Below are positions 19,875-29,048 of a stretch of DNA of 64,000 bases, in pieces; positions within the stretch are counted from its first letter, which is position 1, and each line of letters opens with the position of its first letter. Source of the stretch: Patescibacteria group bacterium (lineage in GTDB: Bacteria; Patescibacteriota; Minisyncoccia; Phycocordibacterales; Phycocordibacteraceae); contig JAHJYC010000004.1 of NCBI GenBank assembly GCA_018826905.1, positions 141,717-205,716 on the forward strand, given 5' to 3'. The notes under the pieces are model-generated. The model was not told the DNA's origin. It did not search any database and saw only the letters and a program-made list of their open reading frames with translations. Both the position numbers and the translations under genes were made by a program.

Positions 19875-21050
19875 TTACAGATCTTCTCCAGTTTCTTCAA
19901 GAAGCGTTCTTGTAAAAGCGAAATGGAAGAGAATTGAAATAATTGAGCCAGTAGCAACCAAGAAGAGGACAAAGGAGACAAGTCCTCCAACAACTGGCAC
20001 GACACTAATGAGATACAGGGCGAGCATACCAAGAAGCGCGAACTTCCACGTTACTTGTGTACGCTTCATCAAGCCCCGAGAGAGAGCGGCACCCGCAAGA
20101 ATACCTGCATAGACATACCCAACAGCAAGAAGGAGTACATATGCCGTTGCCAATATGAATGCAACCCCAATACCTACGAATGAAACAGCGAGTAACAGGA
20201 TAAGCATCGGCGTGGCAAAGACCATTCCAAACCCAAGGAGTCCAAGGAGCGCAAATCTGCCAGGAGTACGTGCAAGTGCCTTATCAGCAACACGCTGAGA
20301 GAAGACGGGAAATAGCCCGGCAAAGAGACCGGCTAGTATAAGTACAGCAATTATCTTGACCACAAACAACACACTCGCTCCCGCAAGCGCGAAGGTCTTT
20401 GCCTGCTCAATTGTTGGCAAGTAGGAAGAGGCACCAATATACGTTACTGCTCCTATAATCTCAGCTGAAGCAGGAATAGCTGCCTGCTGTGGTGCATCGT
20501 ATTCAAATGTCCCATTGATGATAGTGCCCTCTTCAAGGGTTATACGATCTGAAGCTATAACTTCAACATCTCCCGCAAACTCTCCAGACAAAGTTACATC
20601 AGCTCCATAGATAACCACTGGCCCACCAGAACCTGTGAGTCGCACAGTCCCACCAATGATTCGTGTATCGCGAGCAGTAGTTGAAGCAACGACAGACCCT
20701 CCCGCAAGCATAAGATCTCCCGAGACTGGAGCAGAGACCGTTACCTGTCCTCCCGCTGCTCGGAGATCTCCCTCAATTGGATGCGTGATAGAAATTGTTC
20801 CCCCTCCAAGCAACGCATCTCCTGCAATAGGTGCAGCTACGGAAAGCGTCCCACCAAAGGCAAGAAGATCTGCAGGAAGTGGTACGGTGAGTGTTATATC
20901 TGTACCTGTGAGATACAGGTTTTCAAGCGGAGCCTCGGTTATAACAAGCGTACGGGCACTCGCTAGAGTAGCCGCTGAAACTGCGCCAGGAGTAAGGAGG
21001 AGCACCAAAAGGAGAGCTCCAGCTATGCGAAATCGCTTCATGGAACCCAT
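19875..21050 (-). CDS. Hypothetical protein with a signal peptide, a Gly-rich beta-helical-like repeat domain and a C-terminal polytopic membrane domain.
   Basis: 391 aa. Repeats of about 20 aa of the form GG(T/S)(L/I/V)x(V/I)xAP(I/V)xGD(L/A) recur at least 5 times, reminiscent of bactofilin-like beta-helices. The C-terminal ~180 aa contain 5-6 TM helices. Confidence 0.45.
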   Translation of the reverse strand: MGSMKRFRIAGALLLVLLLTPGAVSAATLASARTLVITEAPLENLYLTGTDITLTVPLPADLLAFGGTLSVAAPIAGDALLGGGTISITHPIEGDLRAAGGQVTVSAPVSGDLMLAGGSVVASTTARDTRIIGGTVRLTGSGGPVVIYGADVTLSGEFAGDVEVIASDRITLEEGTIINGTFEYDAPQQAAIPASAEIIGAVTYIGASSYLPTIEQAKTFALAGASVLFVVKIIAVLILAGLFAGLFPVFSQRVADKALARTPGRFALLGLLGFGMVFATPMLILLLAVSFVGIGVAFILATAYVLLLAVGYVYAGILAGAALSRGLMKRTQVTWKFALLGMLALYLISVVPVVGGLVSFVLFLVATGSIISILFHFAFTRTLLEETGEDL

Positions 21051-21071
21051 AGTACCACACGGTACTTGCCG

Positions 21072-21500
21072 TCAAGAACTTCCCTTTCTCAAGGAGTACA
21101 CAATGCCCCAAGACACCACTGCAATGGCAGCAGAGGCAAGACAGTAGACACAAATTGCTTTAATAAGAAATAGTTGTATAGCAACAAACACTGCTGAGGC
21201 TCCCACTCCTCCTATTGCAAGAAGGTGTAGTAGATTCCATATGATCTTCTGTTGAAAGAAGACCCATATTCCAGCAAGTATAAAAAACACCATGTAGAAC
21301 AAGACACCGTACAGTGCAAGTGGTATTCCAAACAATTGAGAGTATGGACTCTGAGCAACAATGTTGCATCCGTCTAACACTCCACCAATTTCACACGTAA
21401 GAGCGGTGTCTGTAACTGCACTTTGGTAGAGATACCAAGAGTCAGCAATACCTGCAAGAAGGAGTATAAAGAGAAACACTACAAGGATAGTGCGGTGCAT
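21072..21500 (-). CDS. Vitamin K epoxide reductase (VKOR) family protein, a DsbB analogue.
   Basis: 142 aa with 4 TM helices, a loop Cys pair (CEIGGVLDGC) and an active-site CVYC within a TM helix. Confidence 0.7.
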   Translation of the reverse strand: MHRTILVVFLFILLLAGIADSWYLYQSAVTDTALTCEIGGVLDGCNIVAQSPYSQLFGIPLALYGVLFYMVFFILAGIWVFFQQKIIWNLLHLLAIGGVGASAVFVAIQLFLIKAICVYCLASAAIAVVSWGIVYSLRKGSS

Positions 21501-21968
21501 GTGTCTATCGTACCGCGGTGAAGTTCAACGAGCAATCGCCTGAAACCCTGTGCACTTTCCTGCAGTTTATATAAGTGGAGGGACAGAACACTACAACGAG
21601 ATAGAGAGACGCCTTGCGCTCTCGTCATCTGCACTCGTGCTGATGACTTATATACTTAACCCAATTATTCATATGCCTATTTTTCAGGCGATTGGGCTTG
21701 GAGTATGTATCCTCGTCCTTAAACTTCTTGTCCCACAGATTCTTACCGAAGTAGAACACACCGCAATTGTATTCCTCAAAGGAGCACAACTGTCGGCTGT
21801 GGTTGCTACGGATCTTGTTGCTGGCGCCAGCGCTATACAGTTCTCCCAAGAACCGTTTGCTCTGCCCCACGCAACTCCCATCCCCTAGCACTTCTACTTC
21901 TTATGGCCGGACTCACATGAGTTCGGTCTACGTGTTTTTACTTACGCTCTACCGTATACTCTACAGAC

Positions 21969-22634
21969 ATGGAACATCTCAAGGCAAAGGTGACTGAACA
22001 ATTAAATGTTATCGGAATTGCCATAACAATCATTCTTCTTTTAGCTCTTACTATTTTCGTTGATATAAAGGAGCTTCAAGAGTTGGTTGCTACGAGCGGA
22101 GCACTTGCACCCCTCATCCTTATTGTTCTTAAGGCATCAACGATTGTAGTTGCTCCACTTTCAGGCTCCCCTCTGTATCCATTAGTTGGACTTATCTTTG
22201 GGTTCTGGCCAGGTATTTTATACATTGTTGCAGGAGATTTCCTTGGTATCACCATCGCCTTTACGTTAAGCCGTGTATTTGGGTATCCGGTTGTTAATCG
22301 TCTAATTGTAGGAAAAGAGCGGAGCACCCTTGCAAAGATTGTTCGGCACGTTGGCACCACAAAGGGATTCGTTCATATGTGCCTTACTTGCTTTGCACTC
22401 CCTGAACTTATTGCATACGGCGCAGGGCTCTCTACGCTCCCCTATTGGAAGTTCATACTCCTCTACCTTCCTATATCAATCGCAGTCTCTTCTGCAGCAG
22501 TACTCTTTGGTTCTCTCCTAGATCCCTCCCAATCTTCACTCTTTATCGCAGTTGGCGTACCGCTTGCAGGAGCAATTATTGTAGGAGCTGGAGCACTTCT
22601 CTTTTTGCGGGGAGTACGGCAAAAGGAAGACTAA
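21969..22634 (+). CDS. TVP38/TMEM64 (DedA-like, VTT domain) family membrane protein.
   Basis: 221 aa. PLYPLVGLIFGFWPGILYIVAGDFLGITIAFTLSRVFG is a typical VTT-domain core. Confidence 0.55.
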   Translation: MEHLKAKVTEQLNVIGIAITIILLLALTIFVDIKELQELVATSGALAPLILIVLKASTIVVAPLSGSPLYPLVGLIFGFWPGILYIVAGDFLGITIAFTLSRVFGYPVVNRLIVGKERSTLAKIVRHVGTTKGFVHMCLTCFALPELIAYGAGLSTLPYWKFILLYLPISIAVSSAAVLFGSLLDPSQSSLFIAVGVPLAGAIIVGAGALLFLRGVRQKED

Positions 22635-23224
22635 GATTTCTTAGGTAGACAAAGTACAATCCAGAACAAGCCCAAAAGAAAGCCTCCCATTACGTCTGAA
22701 AAGAAATGTACGCCGAGTACAAGACGACTGAATCCAATAAGGAATACGAGTGCACCTAAAGCAGTAACTAGAGATACACGCATATATCCGCGTGTAAGTT
22801 GTGCACTCATAAAAGCCAGGAAACCAAAGAGCGCCATAGCTGAAGTGGCATGCCCGCTTGGAAATGAATACGTAAGTAAAGAGTCAAACCACTGCAACGG
22901 CTCTGGTCTAATGCGTGCGACAAGCACCTTTATGAGATTCGCACTTATGATGCTCCCCGCAAGCACTAGTACCAGCGCTCGCATATATGCAACACGCTTC
23001 CGTATAAAATAGACAGCACCCAACCCTATGGCAACGGTGCCGGACACACCTGCAAGCGCTGTTATTACGAGAAACAACTGGATACTTGTAAGTGTCTGAT
23101 GAGACACAAGAAATCGCGCAATTGGTACATCAATAGCACGCACGAGTTCAGGGAACTGCCACGTAGCAAACGCTAGGAGCAAGAAAGCAACTCCCAGGAA
23201 TACTGTCGCATGAATTCTACTCAT
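22631..23224 (-). CDS. PAP2 family phosphatase (possibly an undecaprenyl-diphosphate phosphatase).
   Basis: Three PAP2 motifs are present: KxxxxxxRP (KVLVARIRPEP), PSGH (FPSGHAT) and SRxxxxxHxxxD (SRLVLGVHFFSDV). Confidence 0.7.
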   Translation of the reverse strand: MSRIHATVFLGVAFLLLAFATWQFPELVRAIDVPIARFLVSHQTLTSIQLFLVITALAGVSGTVAIGLGAVYFIRKRVAYMRALVLVLAGSIISANLIKVLVARIRPEPLQWFDSLLTYSFPSGHATSAMALFGFLAFMSAQLTRGYMRVSLVTALGALVFLIGFSRLVLGVHFFSDVMGGFLLGLFWIVLCLPKKS

Positions 23225-23730
23225 AGCTTCCGACTATCATACGCCCAATGAAGCAACGCCTGGCGTTGTCGTGTATGACAGGTCTCGTCTGCTTGTCTAC
23301 AGGCATACTTTATCTGTGCAACGTGTCTCACCATTTGTCGCCACCTTTTTATTTGTCGTGCATCTTCCTTTGGAATACGCCTTCCGCTGAAATATCTGCA
23401 GTACCACTGAAACCATCCTCTCGGATCTTCTTTGTATATCCATCCCTTCTCCCTCCACACTGAAAGAGATTGCGATGCATCTACACCAAAGAAGTTACAT
23501 GACCTATCATGTCCTCCTGGAGAGAGTCTCGCGTGAGTAAACCACTCTACCGGAAATTCTTTCTTGCAATCCGTCATATACTTCCCTCCAAATACACCAA
23601 GAGCAAGCATCTCTTTGGGTGTTAGGTCTGGGGTGAATTCTGGAGAGAAGTTCTCACCCATTGGTTCTGTGCGCACATAGGAGTACCCTTGCTGCATAGT
23701 ATCTGAGACAGTTACTGTGACAGGCCGCAT
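23221..23730 (-). CDS. Hypothetical protein with a Trp/Cys/His-rich conserved-looking core (EWFTHARLSPGGHDRSCNFFGV...GWFQWYCRYFSGRR).
   Basis: 169-aa ORF with an even codon pattern. No family was recognised, and the true start is possibly an internal Met. Confidence 0.35.
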   Translation of the reverse strand: MRPVTVTVSDTMQQGYSYVRTEPMGENFSPEFTPDLTPKEMLALGVFGGKYMTDCKKEFPVEWFTHARLSPGGHDRSCNFFGVDASQSLSVWREKGWIYKEDPRGWFQWYCRYFSGRRIPKEDARQIKRWRQMVRHVAQIKYACRQADETCHTRQRQALLHWAYDSRKL

Positions 23731-23794
23731 TAAGAATAGTATACGCGAAAACGGACCCCCGAGAGGGTCCGTTTTCTTTCCTGCTAGTAACGTT

Positions 23795-24523
23795 CTACTT
23801 CAACTCGCTTTCAATAAGCGCCTTCACTGCGTCATACGGCTGTGCTCCAGAGAGAAGCGTTGTGCCGATGATAAGACTCGGAGTTCCATTAATACCGAGA
23901 GCTTGTCCTTCTGCACGGTCTGCTGCAATTGCAGCCTCATACTCAGAACGCTTATCAGTAATGAGCTTAAGAACACGATCAGTATCAATTCCAGGAATAG
24001 TACGGGTCAATGCTTCAATGCTTGCAAAGTCGCCGAATCCACCAAACTCTTCGTCCTGACTTTCAGCCATAGCACGGAACCAATCATAGAAGCGATCAGG
24101 ATGTGCGTCCCATACCGCACGTCCAAAGATTGCTGCGCTCATTGAATCCTCATTGCGCTCCGGATTCTTTGAGTACTCATCAAGGAACTGGAAGTCCTTG
24201 AATACAATCTTTACCTTCCCGTTCTTCACATAATTCTCGTACACTTCTGCTGTAGTGGTGAGCTCAAACTGTTTGCAGAACGGGCACTGGTAGTCGTACC
24301 ACACTGCCATAACAACAGGAGCATTCTTCTCACCAACATATGGGCTTGAATCAGTGTCCACATCTTTAATGTCTACAGCCATAGCCTGTCCGTCCTGAGG
24401 AGTGTTCTTAGATCCGCCCTGTCCGAAGGCAACAGCGACAGCAATAATCACACAGCCCAAAACAACAGCGATAGGCGTCAGATATTTCTCCATAAATCCT
24501 CCTCCCTGTGCGTTCGTTTCCAT
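23795..24523 (-). CDS. DsbA-family thiol:disulfide oxidoreductase (thioredoxin fold), membrane anchored or secreted.
   Basis: An N-terminal TM/signal sequence, a CPFC active site (WYDYQCPFCKQF), and a C-terminal DsbA-like helical insert. Confidence 0.7.
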   Translation of the reverse strand: METNAQGGGFMEKYLTPIAVVLGCVIIAVAVAFGQGGSKNTPQDGQAMAVDIKDVDTDSSPYVGEKNAPVVMAVWYDYQCPFCKQFELTTTAEVYENYVKNGKVKIVFKDFQFLDEYSKNPERNEDSMSAAIFGRAVWDAHPDRFYDWFRAMAESQDEEFGGFGDFASIEALTRTIPGIDTDRVLKLITDKRSEYEAAIAADRAEGQALGINGTPSLIIGTTLLSGAQPYDAVKALIESELK

Positions 24524-24567
24524 ACCAAGTATTTATCCCTTATTTAAGTATTATGTCCCTAGTATAA

Positions 24568-24604
24568 CAAATCCCCGCTAATAGGTAGCAGGGATTTGTT
24601 GTCC
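24568..24604 (-). terminator. Hairpin (CAAAUCCCUGCUA-ccuau-UAGCGGGGAUUUG in the minus orientation) downstream of the DEAD-box helicase gene.
   Basis: A 12/13-bp stem 15-50 nt past the helicase stop with only a weak U tract; it may also act as an RNA stability element. Confidence 0.35.
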
Positions 24605-24618
24605 TCTATAGAGGGGGG

Positions 24619-26088
24619 TTACGGAATGAAGGTAAGTGCTTTCCCTGTTGTTCCAGCGCGTCCTGTGCGACCAATACGGTGCGTATAGTCCTCGTATGTT
24701 GAAGGAAGATCGTAGTTGATCACGTGAGTAACACCAGAGATGTCTAGTCCACGAGCAGCAACATCTGTTGCTACAAGAACACGAACATCATTCTTTTTGA
24801 ATGCAATGAGTGCCTTCTGGCGCGCACTGTGTGTCTTGTTTCCGTGAATAGAATCTGCGCGAATACCTTGCTGACGAAGGTCTTTCGCCATTCGTTCAAC
24901 ACCGTGCTTGGTACGTCCAAAGACAAGTGCCTTTTCAAACTCAGGTTCTTTCAAGAGCTCAACAAGTCTGTCAAACTTCTGCGAGTGATGTACTTGCACA
25001 ACGTCTTGATCAATCGTATGCGAAGTCTCTCGTGTCTTCACTGAGACAGAAACAGGATCCTTAAGGAAGGCCCCGATAAGTGCCTGGATGTCGCGAGACA
25101 TTGTTGCAGAGAAGAAAAGTGTGTGACGTTCTGCACGCATCTTGCTAAGGATGAAACGCATGTCGTCAATGAATCCCATGTCTAGCATGCGGTCCGCCTC
25201 ATCAAGTACAACTGTACCGAAGTGAGTAAGGTCTAGATCGCGGCGCTCCATGAGGTCCTTTAGACGTCCTGGTGTTCCGATAACAAATGCAGGGTTACGC
25301 TTAAGAACGCGAATCTGAGGAACAATGTTTGCTCCCCCGACACACGTTACAGACGCAAGACCAAGTCCCTTCGCAAAGCCAAAGAACTCAGATTCAATCT
25401 GAATTGCGAGCTCGCGGGTTGGAACCATAACGAGCACACGCTCGTCGCTTCCAAGTGCACGGAACTTGAGCACTTTATCAATAAGAGGAATAAGGAATGC
25501 GGCTGTCTTTCCTGTTCCGGTGTTTGCAATACCTACAACATCCTTCCCAAGAAGAACGTGCGGGATTGATTGATCCTGAATTGGTGTTGGTGTGACGTAT
25601 CCCTTATTAGCAATATTTGCCTTGAGGCGTTCGTCTACTGCAAAGTCTGCGAACGCGTGAGTTGAGTTATATGCTTCAACTTCGCCTGCTGGCTGTGCTT
25701 TGTTTACGAGTTTTGAGAGATCAACAGCCATCTCTTGGTATCCACGTCCTCCACGAGTAGGGCGAGCGTTTTGTGAACGCTCTGGGCGTCCTGTTGGGCG
25801 TCCTCCTGTACTTGCGCGACGAGGTCCTCCACGAGAGCCTCCGCTTGAACGGCGCTGTTCAACAGCAGCGGTCATAGGACGCTTAAAGCCGTTTTCAAGC
25901 GCAAAGCGCATGCCTGCCTCGTATGCAGGGTTTGTTCTAGTATCGCGTCCTCCGAAACGAGAGCGCTGGGGTGCGTTCGTGCGGCGTGGGCCACGTGAAG
26001 AACGCGTATCTTTCTTTGTATCCATGTTGAATGCGTGAGCACGGGTCTGCCGTGCCTTGTAAATTATAAGGCGCCAAATATGGCTCAA
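24619..26088 (-). CDS. DEAD-box ATP-dependent RNA helicase carrying a ~130-aa Arg/Gly-rich N-terminal extension.
   Basis: The Q motif, Walker A (ANTGTGKT), PTRELA, DEAD (VLDEADRML), SAT, and HRIGRTGR motifs are all present. The N-terminus is RG-rich (RGGPRRASTGGRPTGRPERSQNARPTRGGRG). The true start may be an internal Met. Confidence 0.9.
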   Translation of the reverse strand: MSHIWRLIIYKARQTRAHAFNMDTKKDTRSSRGPRRTNAPQRSRFGGRDTRTNPAYEAGMRFALENGFKRPMTAAVEQRRSSGGSRGGPRRASTGGRPTGRPERSQNARPTRGGRGYQEMAVDLSKLVNKAQPAGEVEAYNSTHAFADFAVDERLKANIANKGYVTPTPIQDQSIPHVLLGKDVVGIANTGTGKTAAFLIPLIDKVLKFRALGSDERVLVMVPTRELAIQIESEFFGFAKGLGLASVTCVGGANIVPQIRVLKRNPAFVIGTPGRLKDLMERRDLDLTHFGTVVLDEADRMLDMGFIDDMRFILSKMRAERHTLFFSATMSRDIQALIGAFLKDPVSVSVKTRETSHTIDQDVVQVHHSQKFDRLVELLKEPEFEKALVFGRTKHGVERMAKDLRQQGIRADSIHGNKTHSARQKALIAFKKNDVRVLVATDVAARGLDISGVTHVINYDLPSTYEDYTHRIGRTGRAGTTGKALTFIP

Positions 26089-26243
26089 CCGTTCTCGAGA
26101 GTCTCAAGCGATGCGCGCTGGCGCGGTGCCTGGTCTTGAATTCTCTTCAAGACGGCGATCCGTGGAGCAACTGTTGTAAAAGTAGTATACCAGACGCTTG
26201 TATTTGCGCAAGTAGAGAAAGCGCCCGTTCTCCGGGCGCTTTC

Positions 26244-26420
26244 CTAACTTTTTCTGCCTGATCCTGACTTCTTTCCCCCTCCCGATTCCTTATTCACTGT
26301 TGCCCAGGCACGGGCCTCCGCTTCCTTTTCAGATACTCCCTTCTCCTTATATCCCTCTTCTATGTGTGCAGCCTGTCGCTTCTGCTTGTCTGTATAAGCT
26401 GACTTGTCTCCACGAGGCAT
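26244..26420 (-). CDS. Small hydrophilic Lys/Gly/Glu-rich protein of 58 aa (MPRGDKSAYTDKQKRQAAHIEEGYKEKGVSEKEAEARAWATVNKESGGGKKSGSGRKS); stress-protein-like.
   Basis: It begins 6 nt after the stop of the lmo0937-family ORF on the same strand. The 151-aa ORF-track version (26244..26699) is rejected because its upstream part overlaps the small TM ORF in another frame and is Cys/Pro-rich nonsense. Confidence 0.4.
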   Translation of the reverse strand: MPRGDKSAYTDKQKRQAAHIEEGYKEKGVSEKEAEARAWATVNKESGGGKKSGSGRKS

Positions 26421-26425
26421 ACACG

Positions 26426-26578
26426 TTACGCAACAGGATTCTTGCCCTGAATAAGGCGGATGAGCACCATGATTATTGCCACAACGAGAAGGAGATGCAG
26501 GAAGCCTCCAACTGTGTATGAGGTCACCAGGCCAACGAGCCAAAGCACCAAGAGGATTGCAGCTATTGTATAAAGCAT
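26426..26578 (-). CDS. lmo0937-family small membrane protein of 50 aa (MLYTIAAILLVLWLVGLVTSYTVGGFLHLLLVVAIIMVLIRLIQGKNPVA).
   Basis: Found by manual translation; it is below the ORF-track size cutoff. It matches the widespread lmo0937/DUF-type ~50-aa hydrophobic peptide (ILLVLWLLG...GGxIHxLLVIA...LIQGR). Confidence 0.55.
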   Translation of the reverse strand: MLYTIAAILLVLWLVGLVTSYTVGGFLHLLLVVAIIMVLIRLIQGKNPVA

Positions 26579-26705
26579 GACTATATTTGCTTACTAGTAA
26601 GTAGTGCCCTAATACTACAGACGCGAGCATAAAGACTTGGTGAAGGGAGGAAGATACAAAAAGGAATGGAGGAGGAAGGGTGTGGACACCAACCCCCATC
26701 CAATG

Positions 26706-27071
26706 TTATTTGAATTCAATCAGAATTCTGTTGCTCTGCTTGATCAGGTCGATGAACTTGTGACGGCCCGTCATCACCTCCTCGTGCCATAGGTCTCCGA
26801 AGAGTTCCTCCATTTGGCCGAGGATGTGCTCGTCGTCCAGGTCCAGCTCGTGCGAATTGCGGACAAGCAACTGCACAATGGCTCTGGTCCCTTGATCTGC
26901 TTCTGAGTAATGCAGATCGTATTTGTCATCAAGCATATTAACGAAAGTGAACTTCCGAATTCTCAGTTCGTTTTCCTGAAAGGGGTACTGAATGCCGAGC
27001 TCTTCGGCAACGCCAGCAACCCGCCCTAGGAATTGTTCGTTAGCCTCAAGCATGACACTTGTTCCTTTCAA
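26706..27071 (-). CDS. Hypothetical acidic protein; no recognisable domain.
   Basis: 121-aa ORF lying between terminator hairpins with coding-like composition. Confidence 0.4.
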   Translation of the reverse strand: MKGTSVMLEANEQFLGRVAGVAEELGIQYPFQENELRIRKFTFVNMLDDKYDLHYSEADQGTRAIVQLLVRNSHELDLDDEHILGQMEELFGDLWHEEVMTGRHKFIDLIKQSNRILIEFK

Positions 27072-27157
27072 ACTATTTGGGTGAGGTCTTCCCCACTCCT
27101 TTTTGTATCCATACTTTCAAAGAGCATGAGTACCCTACCAAATGGATTCTGAAACGC

Positions 27158-27186
27158 AAAACGCCTCCTGAAGGAGGCGTTTTGTT
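27158..27186. terminator. Bidirectional intrinsic terminator AAAACGCCUCC-UUCA-GGAGGCGUUUU downstream of typA.
   Basis: A perfect 11-bp stem including the A and T tracts on both sides; it overlaps the typA stop codon. Confidence 0.65.
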
Positions 27187-28969
27187 AGCGACGTGCTTTT
27201 GCTCTATCGCTGTCAGTGAGGTGTTGCTTACGCAAACGAACGTTATCAGGAGTTATCTCCAAATACTCGTCTTCACTCATAACTTCAAGTCCGCGCTCAA
27301 TAGTAAGCGTGTATGGAGGGAAGAGGTTAATTGCCTCATCATTTCCAGAAGAACGAACGTTTGTAAGGTTCTTGCCCTTTGTTGGGTTTGAGGTCATCTC
27401 CTCTCCCTTTGAAGTGTTTCCAATAACCATACCTTCATAGACTTCTGTTGCAGGAGAGATGTACAGAATACCGCGCTCCTGAAGTCCCCAGAGGGCGTAG
27501 CCAAGCGCCTTCCCTGTTGCCATTGAAATCATTGATCCAACCTGACGCTTCTTGATTTCTCCAGCGTATGGCTTAAAGCCGAGTACTCGTGAAGAAAGAA
27601 TTCCTTCTCCCTTTGTATCAATAACAAACTGGCTACGGTATCCGAGAAGTCCGCGAGTCGGGCCCTCAAGAGTAAGACGTACGATATCGCCATCTTGCGT
27701 AAGGTTCTGGAGCACAAAGCTACGAGTACCGAGGCGCTCAATAATAGCTCCCTGGTATTCGCTTGGAGTATCAATAATAACCTCCTCATAAGGCTCCATC
27801 TTCACTCCCTCTTCCTCACGAACGATTACTTGTGGCTGAGAGACTTGCATTTCGTATCCTGCACGACGCATGTTCTCAAGCAAAATAGCGATGTGGAGCT
27901 CTCCACGTCCAGACACCTTGAATGAATCAGGAGAAACAAAGTCCACCTTTAGACCTACGTTCACTTCAAGTTCTCGCTCAAGATACTCACGAAGCTGGCG
28001 ACTAGTTACATACTTTCCTTCACGTCCAGCAAACGGAGAGTTGTTAACAAGGAAATTTAGAGTGATGGTCGGCTCATCAATCGCAATTGCTGGAAGTGGT
28101 TCAGCTGCAGGATCTGTTGTAACAGTTTCTCCAATGAAGATATCTGAAAGACCAGCAATGATAACAATATCTCCTGCCTGGGCTTCTGTAGCTTCCACAC
28201 GCTCAAGACCCTTAAAGCTAAACATCTTCGTTAGCTTTCCGGTGCGAGTTGAACCATCTGGTTTCTTAACGATAACGTTGTCAGTTGATTTAACTATTCC
28301 CTCGTACACGCGAGCAATCGCGAGACGGCCTAGGAAGTTGTCGTACGCTAGGTTAAATGCCTGAAGACGAAGTGGCTTTTCAACCTGCTCTGATGTTCCA
28401 GCTACAGGAACGAGTTCCAAGATTGTGTCTAGGAGCGGAGTAAGGTCTTTTCGTTCGTCGTTAATTCCCTTCATCGCAACACCCTCGCGTCCAATAGCGT
28501 ATACGGTGGTGAAGTCAGCCTGCTCGTCTGATGCTCCGAGCTCCAAAAAGAGTTCAAGTACCTGCTCCTCTGCACGATCTGGATCTGCTGCAGGCTTATC
28601 TATTTTGTTGAGGACCACAATTGGCTTAAGGCCAAGCTCCAAAGATTTCTTAAGTACAAAACGTGTCTGAGGCATTGGGCCTTCCTGAGCATCAACAATA
28701 AGAAGCACTGAATCAATAGAACGGAGTACACGCTCAACTTCTGAACCGAAATCGGCGTGCCCTGGAGTGTCTACGATATTGATCTTAGTTCCCTTGTATT
28801 CAACAGCTGCATTCTTTGAGTAGATGGTAATACCACGCTCCTGCTCAATGGAGTTGCTGTCCATTGATACACCCTCAGCAGCAGCACCTGTCTGCTTCAG
28901 AATGGCGTCTGTAAGTGTCGTCTTCCCGTGATCCACGTGGGCAATAATGGCGATATTCCTGATTTCCAT
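27185..28969 (-). CDS. typA: Translational GTPase TypA/BipA.
   Basis: 594 aa with [17 protein letters not shown], and a TypA-specific C-terminal domain. Confidence 0.95.
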   Translation of the reverse strand: MEIRNIAIIAHVDHGKTTLTDAILKQTGAAAEGVSMDSNSIEQERGITIYSKNAAVEYKGTKINIVDTPGHADFGSEVERVLRSIDSVLLIVDAQEGPMPQTRFVLKKSLELGLKPIVVLNKIDKPAADPDRAEEQVLELFLELGASDEQADFTTVYAIGREGVAMKGINDERKDLTPLLDTILELVPVAGTSEQVEKPLRLQAFNLAYDNFLGRLAIARVYEGIVKSTDNVIVKKPDGSTRTGKLTKMFSFKGLERVEATEAQAGDIVIIAGLSDIFIGETVTTDPAAEPLPAIAIDEPTITLNFLVNNSPFAGREGKYVTSRQLREYLERELEVNVGLKVDFVSPDSFKVSGRGELHIAILLENMRRAGYEMQVSQPQVIVREEEGVKMEPYEEVIIDTPSEYQGAIIERLGTRSFVLQNLTQDGDIVRLTLEGPTRGLLGYRSQFVIDTKGEGILSSRVLGFKPYAGEIKKRQVGSMISMATGKALGYALWGLQERGILYISPATEVYEGMVIGNTSKGEEMTSNPTKGKNLTNVRSSGNDEAINLFPPYTLTIERGLEVMSEDEYLEITPDNVRLRKQHLTDSDRAKARR

Positions 28970-29048
28970 AAGATAAAAATAAAATGCCCCGTGGGCTGTT
29001 CTCTATACCGTACCGTATATATAGGTATACCGTCAATCTATAGTCACT

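Noticed and set aside
22631-22634. The 4-nt overlap of the convergent DedA-like and PAP2 gene ends, as a possible regulatory feature.
   Set aside because: Overlapping stop codons of convergent genes are common in compact genomes and there is no structure here.
26244-26699. The 151-aa ORF treated as a single gene.
   Set aside because: The upstream two thirds are low-complexity Cys/Pro-rich translation that overlaps, out of frame, a textbook lmo0937-family small ORF. It was split into two small genes instead.
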